Made by a program: the position numbers and the translations under genes
The notes under the pieces: generated by a model
Told to the model about the DNA's origin: nothing
Databases searched by the model: none
What the model saw: the letters and a program-made list of their open reading frames with translations, nothing else
Part shown: positions 25,508-32,000 of the stretch, piece by piece
Layout: each line of letters starts with the position of its first letter
How positions within the stretch are numbered: position 1 is the first letter of the stretch
Assembly: GCF_000186885.1 (NCBI RefSeq)
Contig: NC_014972.1
Location: 1,350,001-1,382,000, forward strand
Source: Desulfobulbus propionicus DSM 2032
Lineage (GTDB): Bacteria > Desulfobacterota > Desulfobulbia > Desulfobulbales > Desulfobulbaceae
DNA length: 32,000 nt
Direction of reading: 5' to 3'

Positions 25508-28381
25508 TCAGGCGAGGGCCTCCCTGATCTTGACGGACAACTCCTTGGATGAAAAAGGTTTATTCAGAAAGTGTATCCCTGCGTCGAGCACGCCGTGATG
25601 GGCAATGACGTTGGCGGTATAACCGGACATGTACAGCACTTTGAGGCCGGGATGCCGCGCAAGGAGCCGGCTGGATAATTCACGGCCATTCATCTCCGGC
25701 ATGATGACATCGGTCAGCAACAGATCAATGGCACCTGGTTGCTGATCGACAATTCGCAGTGCCTCAAGCGGACCATTCGCCGCCAACACGCTGTAACCAA
25801 GCCGATGAAGCATGGTCAGACACATATCGAGCAGGGAGGGATCGTCTTCCACCAAGAGAATGGTTTCGCCCTTGCTGTTTTCCCGCGCATCCTCGTGTTC
25901 CTCCCTGTCAATGGTTTCGCTCTCGGTGTATTGGGGCAGGTAGATTCTGAACGTGGTGCCTTGGCCGGGTTCGCTGTACACGTTGATGAACCCGTGGTTT
26001 TGCTTGACGATGCCATAGACGGTCGCCAGACCGAGACCGGTCCCTTGGCCGACACCCTTGGTGGTGTAAAACGGCTCAAAAATCTTCTCCATGACCGCCG
26101 GTTCCATGCCACAGCCATTGTCGCTCACCGAAAGCACCACATACTCGCCGGCAGCGAATCCAGCGTTTTGGGTGCAATATTCGGCATCCACGGTAACAGC
26201 CCTGGTTTCGATGGTCATGGAACCAACGCCGTCAATCGCATCGCGGGCATTGACGCATAAGTTGATCAACACCTGGTCGATCTGGGCTGGATCAATATGC
26301 ACCAGCGGCAGCAACGGCGCTGGCATCCAGGCAAGATGGATGTTTTCGCCGATCAGCCGCTGCAACATTTTCACCAATCCGCCCACGGCGATGTTGAGGT
26401 CAAGCACCTTGGGTGCGATGGTTTGCTGTCTGGAAAAAGCTAACAATTGCCTGATGATATCGGCGGAACGCTGGCCAGCTTCCCGGATTTTCTGCAGATG
26501 CCCATACAGCGGCGAGTCGGCCCGCGTCTGCTCCATGGCGATTTCGGTGTACCCGAGGATAACGGAGAGGATGTTGTTGAAATCATGGGCCACACCACCA
26601 GTCAGCCGTCCGACGGAATCCATTTTCTGGGCCTGAACGAGCTGCCCCTGCAACTTTTCCCTTTCCTGTTCAGCGTGTTTGCGCTCCGAAATATCCAAGG
26701 CGGAAAAGGTCACTCCGGCGGACAAATTTTTTGCGTCGAGAGGCGAGGAGCTGAGGAGTACATCGATGCACGTTCCGTCCTTGCATAGCCATCGGGTTTC
26801 CACCGTCCCTATGTTCTTCTGCTGAATCTGCAAATACTTCTCTGTGCCGACAAAGGTAAAATCCTCGTCGGTGGGGTACAGCATCCGGCTGTTTTGGCCA
26901 AGCAGTTCGTCGCGGCTGTAACCGGTCATGGCGCAGAGATGGTCGTTGACAAGGATAAAAACCCGGTCGACGACCACGCCAATACCGACGGGAGCCGCAC
27001 GAAAAATGCTGCCGAGATACTCTTGGCTGGCCCGAAGGTCTCTTTCCGCCTGTTTTTGGGCGGTGACATCGTGGACAATGGAGTGGAGGATCGATTTACC
27101 GTGCACCTCGATACTGCTGCTGAAGACCTCCACATCCCGGACCGACCCGTCGGCCATCCGGTGACGGAACTCGAAATGGACGCGTTGGCTGCTGCGCGCT
27201 TTTTCCATTTCTTGGCTGATCTCGTCCGACGCCAACCTGTTGATGTCCTGAATACGCATTTCTTTGAGCTGTTGGCGCGACCATCCGTAAAAATGTTCGG
27301 CGGCCTCGTTTGCTTCGAGAATAGCGCCGCTGTCAGGATCGATAAGGAGTTTGACCGCAGCATGGTGCTCAAAGATATTTCTGAACAGTGACTCGCTCTT
27401 ACGCAATTGTTCACGCGTTTCGTATTCAGGGGTGACATCGCGGAAAACCAGGACGACCCCCGTCAGTTTGCCCTCGGCGTCATGCATGGGGGCGGCATTT
27501 TCCGAGATGTGATACTCGGCGCCACCGCGCCCGACAAGGAGAGTATGGTTGGTGAGCAGGACAGGCTTGCCACTCTCCAAGACACGCTCAACCGGATCGA
27601 GGAGCTGTTCGTGACTCTCTTGATCAACGACACGCACCACCTCGGCGAGCCTTTTATTGTGGGCCTCGAAACTGCTCCAGCCGGTGAGCGTTTCCGCCAC
27701 GGGGTTCATGTAGCGGATTTGTCCCCTGACATCGGTGGAGATCACGGCATCCTGGATAGAGCGCAAGGTGGTATCCAGTTGCTCTCTGGCCTGCTGCAGG
27801 CTGTCGATGAATTGGAGCTTAAATTCCTGATCAAGCAGGATTTTGCCGACCAGAATAGTTGCCAAAGGATAGAGGACGAGCACGGGGAGGCCGATGCTCC
27901 GAATGGTGGCCAACGCCTTGTCCAAGGGGAGCGAGAAGGCCATTGCCAGCATGGCCAGGTGGACAATGATTCCAAAAACATACAAGTGCAGGACCGTTGA
28001 CAGGCGTCCATTGACACGAAAAAACCGATAGCCCGCCAGACCAACAGCCGTTGAGGAAAGGATGGTCAGCATGCCCATGACCGTGCCGGACCCGCCCATT
28101 GCCAACCGGCATGCCAAGGGCGGCAAGCAACTTGTCGCTGCGGCCAATGGGCCATAGAAGAGGGCGCAAATACTCAACATGACCGAGCGGCCGTCAAAAA
28201 ACAAGCCGGGTTCCAGTTGGAGCGGACGGTACATGCCGATTACGGCCACTCCGCCAAACAGTATTCCCTGGGCCACCATGCCGAGTCGGGTGTGACGCGA
28301 CCAACGCTGTTCGATGAAACCGGAAACAACACTGAGAGCGATCAGCAGGGCCAGATTCAAGATCAGGTCGAGATACGCCAT
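25508..28381 (-). CDS. Hybrid sensor histidine kinase: LytS-like 5TM sensor, multiple PAS, HisKA/HATPase, C-terminal receiver
   Basis: 5TM N-terminus with SSTAVGLAGY; PAS/PAC repeats; KMDSVGRLTGGVAHDFNNILSVILGYTE; GTGLGLATVYGIVKQ; REC GETILLVEDDPSLLDMCLTMLHRLGY...LLLTDVIMPEM. Confidence 0.95.
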   Translation of the reverse strand: MAYLDLILNLALLIALSVVSGFIEQRWSRHTRLGMVAQGILFGGVAVIGMYRPLQLEPGLFFDGRSVMLSICALFYGPLAAATSCLPPLACRLAMGGSGTVMGMLTILSSTAVGLAGYRFFRVNGRLSTVLHLYVFGIIVHLAMLAMAFSLPLDKALATIRSIGLPVLVLYPLATILVGKILLDQEFKLQFIDSLQQAREQLDTTLRSIQDAVISTDVRGQIRYMNPVAETLTGWSSFEAHNKRLAEVVRVVDQESHEQLLDPVERVLESGKPVLLTNHTLLVGRGGAEYHISENAAPMHDAEGKLTGVVLVFRDVTPEYETREQLRKSESLFRNIFEHHAAVKLLIDPDSGAILEANEAAEHFYGWSRQQLKEMRIQDINRLASDEISQEMEKARSSQRVHFEFRHRMADGSVRDVEVFSSSIEVHGKSILHSIVHDVTAQKQAERDLRASQEYLGSIFRAAPVGIGVVVDRVFILVNDHLCAMTGYSRDELLGQNSRMLYPTDEDFTFVGTEKYLQIQQKNIGTVETRWLCKDGTCIDVLLSSSPLDAKNLSAGVTFSALDISERKHAEQEREKLQGQLVQAQKMDSVGRLTGGVAHDFNNILSVILGYTEIAMEQTRADSPLYGHLQKIREAGQRSADIIRQLLAFSRQQTIAPKVLDLNIAVGGLVKMLQRLIGENIHLAWMPAPLLPLVHIDPAQIDQVLINLCVNARDAIDGVGSMTIETRAVTVDAEYCTQNAGFAAGEYVVLSVSDNGCGMEPAVMEKIFEPFYTTKGVGQGTGLGLATVYGIVKQNHGFINVYSEPGQGTTFRIYLPQYTESETIDREEHEDARENSKGETILLVEDDPSLLDMCLTMLHRLGYSVLAANGPLEALRIVDQQPGAIDLLLTDVIMPEMNGRELSSRLLARHPGLKVLYMSGYTANVIAHHGVLDAGIHFLNKPFSSKELSVKIREALA

Positions 28382-28767
28382 GATTGGGAATTGTTATTAT
28401 TTGATAATGGATGGTTGCGCGGGAGAAGCCCCACAGGCCGATATCGCAGACGACAAATATGCAATTCATATACAGGGTTGCTGTTGACAAGGCAATCGCA
28501 GAGAGAGCCGCGCATGATGAAACAGAACATATAGGGCAAACGGGGATGGAAAAGCACCGATCAGGACACGAATGAGCAGCTGGGGGCAACGATTGACCAA
28601 TCGCTCACCAAAACCTACTCTAATCCGAATACAAGCCAGCTATGCTGGTGGCGCCGATGGTGCAGGCCAGCACAACTTCATGGCCACATCGGATCCCATG
28701 ACCTCGATGATTTCCAATGGTATTTCAACCGCGAAGTGCAAAAAAGAACAGGAAGGGAGACCGAATC

Positions 28768-29203
28768 ATGCCTGGACGCGATGACCGCAAGACCACCATC
28801 CTTTTTCTCTGTACCGGGAACTCCTGCCGCAGCCAAATGGCCGAAGGCTGGGCCAGGCACCTGCACGCTGCTGTTTATGCGCCCTATTCCGCCGGGGTGG
28901 TCAAGCATGGGCTCAATCCGTATGCCGTCCGGGTCATGGCGGAGGCCGGGGTGGATATCGGCAACCAGCAGTCCACGTTGATCGAGGAGTTGCCCTTGCA
29001 CACCTTTGATTACGTGGTGACACTCTGCGACCATGCCCGCGAAACCTGTCCCTATTTCCCCGGCAAGATCGTCCATCGAGGATTTGCCGATCCTCCCGAA
29101 CTGGCGAAAGCGGCAACAACGGAAGAGGGCGTCCTCCAGGCCTACCGGACCGTGCGCGATCAAATTCGCCTGTTCATCCAGTCATTGCCCGAGATTCTCG
29201 AAG
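28768..29203 (+). CDS. arsC: ArsC-type arsenate reductase (low-MW phosphotyrosine phosphatase fold); recognisable domain only, ORF stays open to 30003
   Basis: MPGRDDRKTTILFLCTGNSCRSQMAEGWARHL...YSAGVVKHGLNPYAVRVMAEAGVDIGNQQS...VVTLCDHARETCPYFPG...VRDQIRLFIQSLPEIL; SD ggaaggga. Homology appears to end near 29200. Confidence 0.85.
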
Positions 29204-30945
29204 GACGAGCGGGTTTCTCCGCATCCCGCCGCCAATACCGAATGCTCGATATAGCGTCGACGCTTGGCCGGCTTGAGTTGGGCGGTGTCCACCACCACCA
29301 GGCCATCGACGCAATCGCCGAAGGCCCGGTCGATGTTGAAGTCAAGAAAGACCACCCCGCCGGGCTGGCAGAGTTCGGTGTACTGTTTGTAGAGCGTGGG
29401 GATCGAGGTGCCCATGGTCGCCAGCAGCGATTTCAGGTGGATGAGGTCCTGCTGGTAGTTGTCGCCACGGAACGAGCGGGCCAGATCGGTGACCGGCAGG
29501 GAGAAACGGAAGGGGTGGCGCGAGCAGGCCTGGCTGCCGCTGCCGCTGAAATAGAGTTTATAGAAAAAGATCAGCAGTTCCCTGGCTGTCTGCGGCATGG
29601 CGTTGCTGATGCTCACCGGGCCGAACAGGTACCGGTACCCCGGATTCTTGCGAAGAAAAGCGCCGATGCCGTACCAGAGATAATCGAGGCCGCGTTTCCC
29701 CCAATAGCGCTGCTGGACGAAACTGCGGCCCAGTTCCAGGCCGCCGTCGAGGTAGGGAAAATGGGTCCGATCAAACTGAAAAAGGCTGTGGCTGTACAAT
29801 CCTTCATGGCCTCGCTCCCGGACCACCGCCCCGGCATCGGCCAGCCGATAGGCGCCGACAATTTCCAGGTCTTCCTCCGACCACAGCACCAGATGACGAT
29901 AATAACGGTCAAATGCGTCCATATCCAGCCGCTTGCCCGACCCCTCACCGACCGCGCGGAAGGTGATTTCCCGCAGCCGGGCGATCTCCCGCAGCACCGG
30001 TGATTGCTCGTCACCGGCGAACAAATAGATGCTTTTGCCGTCCGGCGTCGTTCCCAGCAGTTCACCGGCCTGAACGTTCTTCTTCAACACCACCCGCCGT
30101 TCAGGGCGGGCTATGGCCGATTCGGCGGGCAGGATCGGCCTCTTGCCCGCACCGATGCGGTAGAGGTGCTTGCGGAACAGGGCAACCTTATCCTTGTCCC
30201 GGAGCTTGAGGTTAGTGTAGGCGGCATGGGGAATCAGACCGCCGATGGTCAGCTTGAGCGGTTGACGGCGCTGCTGGAACATCTCGCCAATCAACATCAG
30301 GGTCGACAGCGGCTTGAACAGCATCGAAGCCGAGTAAAAGGCGAGCGAGTTGCGGGCACGGACATGGATGGGCAGGATCGGCGCCTTGGCGCGGGCCGCC
30401 AGGCGGAGAAACCCTTTGCGCCAGGGGCCATCCTGAATGCCCTTGGGGGACAGGCGCGACACCTCTCCGGCCGGAAAGATGATCACCGCTTCCTCGTTGG
30501 CCAGGGAACGCTCAATGTGACCGATCTGCTCCTTGCGGGTCACGCCGGTCATCACCCTGACCGACAGCAAGCAGGGACGAAGCGGCGTGATTGCCTCCAA
30601 CAGGTCGTTGGCGACAATGCGGACATCGGGACGGCAGTCATGCACCAACTTGAGCAGAGCCAGGCCATCCAAGGTGCCGATGGGGTGATTGGCGATGATC
30701 ATGACCCGTCCGCTAGCCGGAATATGCTCCCGTTCGCGTTCGGCAACCGTATAGGTGCACTGCAGGGATTCCAACACCTGCTCGACAAAATCCATGCCGC
30801 GCAAATGGGGGTACTGCTCGGCAAAACGGACAAAGCGATCCTCGTGGAGAAGACGGCGAAGCACGCTGCGGAGCGGCGAGGAGAGGAGGGGCCGGGCAGC
30901 CAGACCAGGAGAATACCGGGTGAGCAGGGCATCAACGGTGAACAT
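29182..30945 (-). CDS. olsF: Bifunctional ornithine-lipid-synthase-like acyltransferase (N-terminal PlsC/OlsA-type, C-terminal OlsB/GNAT-type)
   Basis: Start MFTVDALLTRYSPG at 30945; acyltransferase VMIIANHPIGTLDGLALL and VIIFPAGEVSR; C-terminal ITFRAVGEGSGKRLDMDAFDRYYRHLVLWSEEDLEIVGAYRLADAG and YLFGPVSISNAMP. Confidence 0.85.
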   Translation of the reverse strand: MFTVDALLTRYSPGLAARPLLSSPLRSVLRRLLHEDRFVRFAEQYPHLRGMDFVEQVLESLQCTYTVAEREREHIPASGRVMIIANHPIGTLDGLALLKLVHDCRPDVRIVANDLLEAITPLRPCLLSVRVMTGVTRKEQIGHIERSLANEEAVIIFPAGEVSRLSPKGIQDGPWRKGFLRLAARAKAPILPIHVRARNSLAFYSASMLFKPLSTLMLIGEMFQQRRQPLKLTIGGLIPHAAYTNLKLRDKDKVALFRKHLYRIGAGKRPILPAESAIARPERRVVLKKNVQAGELLGTTPDGKSIYLFAGDEQSPVLREIARLREITFRAVGEGSGKRLDMDAFDRYYRHLVLWSEEDLEIVGAYRLADAGAVVRERGHEGLYSHSLFQFDRTHFPYLDGGLELGRSFVQQRYWGKRGLDYLWYGIGAFLRKNPGYRYLFGPVSISNAMPQTARELLIFFYKLYFSGSGSQACSRHPFRFSLPVTDLARSFRGDNYQQDLIHLKSLLATMGTSIPTLYKQYTELCQPGGVVFLDFNIDRAFGDCVDGLVVVDTAQLKPAKRRRYIEHSVLAAGCGETRSSFENLGQ

Positions 30946-30994
30946 GGATGTTCTCCAAAAGGGGGGTGATGAAGAGAAACCTGTCTCGGTTGTC

Positions 30995-31762
30995 TCAGGC
31001 GAAGGACCGATGCTCCCGGTACCCCAGCCACTGCTCGCGGAAGGACAACGGGAAGGCGGGCCGGTTGCTCTTTGTAGCCCTGAGCGGCTCCACATCGAAC
31101 TCCAGAGTGATCCCGGGCAGGTCCGAAGGACACGCGGCGACGCTGACCCTTGCAATCGGCGCGAACCGGGCGTGCAGCAGGCAGAGCATGCCGCCTGGGG
31201 CGTCCTCCTGGACATGGTGGGTGGCGTAGCGGGAGGGGGCGGTCAACACCTGCCACTCCTTGGCATGTAGGGCGGCGGCGCGATCGGCGCACAGGGCCAC
31301 CGCGCCGTACGGCTCCCGAAGCAAGGGGTGGGTGAACAGGGCGGCCAGCTGCATGTTCCGGATCAAAGCCACCGAGGCGAGATGGACATTGAGCACGAGG
31401 ACCGAGGCGTTGCGTTTGCGAATCAGGGCAAACTGGACGGTGGTCGTCTCTTGGCGGGTACCGATGGCAAAGCTGCCGCTGTTCAAGACCCAGATTCCGC
31501 TGGCGGTCAACAGGGCCAGGCCTCGGGCGACACCTTCCTGTTCCGAATGGCAGCGTGCTGTCGCAAAGCAGCTGCGGGTCAACCCGAGTCGGCCTGCCAA
31601 CAGGGTGCTGGCGGGCGCCCGGCCATCAGCGCCATGGACAAGCGATTGGCAGCACAACAGGTCGATTGTGTAGCGGTCGTCCAGAGTCGTCTTGGCATCG
31701 AACTCTTTCAAAAGTGCGTCAGCGTGCGTTGCATCCAGGTTTATCATTCGGAACATGATCAT
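30995..31762 (-). CDS. Degenerate endonuclease/exonuclease/phosphatase (EEP)-fold-like protein, upstream of the OlsF-like gene
   Basis: MIMFRMINLDATHADALL...; EEP-like pattern GLALLTASGIWVLNSGSF, FALIRKRNASVLVLNVHLA. Fold assignment rests on weak motifs. Confidence 0.5.
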   Translation of the reverse strand: MIMFRMINLDATHADALLKEFDAKTTLDDRYTIDLLCCQSLVHGADGRAPASTLLAGRLGLTRSCFATARCHSEQEGVARGLALLTASGIWVLNSGSFAIGTRQETTTVQFALIRKRNASVLVLNVHLASVALIRNMQLAALFTHPLLREPYGAVALCADRAAALHAKEWQVLTAPSRYATHHVQEDAPGGMLCLLHARFAPIARVSVAACPSDLPGITLEFDVEPLRATKSNRPAFPLSFREQWLGYREHRSFA

Positions 31763-32000
31763 CTCTCGTGGCAAAGGGCTGTCAAACCGGCATGTTCTGG
31801 CGCGGACCGCGCTCCATGCCGGGGTGAAACGCCTGTCTTGTACCCCCACACTGTTGGTTTTTGGTCAGCGTACCATCAGGCTTTGGTGAGGAGTGGCTCC
31901 CGGCTGCGCTCTTTGGCTCGACGCCCGCTTTGGCCGCACCCGTCGGGATGGGGCGCCAAGACCGTCGCCGCCTGGATGGAAGTCATCTCCACGGCGGTTG

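Noticed and set aside
29203-30003. C-terminal part of the 428 aa 'ArsC' ORF as a novel fused domain
   Set aside because: The translation is antisense to the conserved OlsF-like acyltransferase and has no fold-like pattern; treated as readthrough, with the stop-codon loss reported separately.

Overview
High-GC bacterial chromosomal window, probably from a Desulfobulbales- or other deltaproteobacteria-like organism; the taxonomy is inferred from gene style only. It is rich in signal transduction: one edge-truncated PAS/GAF histidine kinase, two large PAS hybrid kinases (one with a LytS-like 5TM sensor), one CpxAR-like two-component pair, one PAS-GGDEF protein, one ECF sigma/anti-sigma module and one AraC regulator. 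Metabolic and envelope genes include an SDR oxidoreductase, a diheme cytochrome c peroxidase, an isoprenylcysteine-methyltransferase-like membrane protein, malate synthase, a MOT1-type transporter, a YqhD-like Fe-alcohol dehydrogenase, ArsC-type arsenate reductase, an OlsF-like bifunctional acyltransferase and a degenerate EEP-fold protein. No rRNA, tRNA, CRISPR or mobile element was recognised. The best candidate for something new is the ECF module at about 5.26-9.47 kb: sigma factor, TM anti-sigma with an extracytoplasmic CBM48/AMPK1-like domain, a lipoprotein carrying the same kind of domain, and a secreted protein with a polyglycine tail. I found three copies of a shared promoter-like motif, TGTAAC-N16-(C/G)GTT. 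They lie upstream of the sigma gene, a divergent small secreted protein, and the diheme peroxidase, which suggests a local ECF regulon. A second regulatory find is a quadruple (GATGAA)-N5-(GATGAA) array, arranged as two inverted pairs, between the CpxR-like regulator and the methyltransferase gene. All coordinates and motif matches were read by eye; no database search was run.
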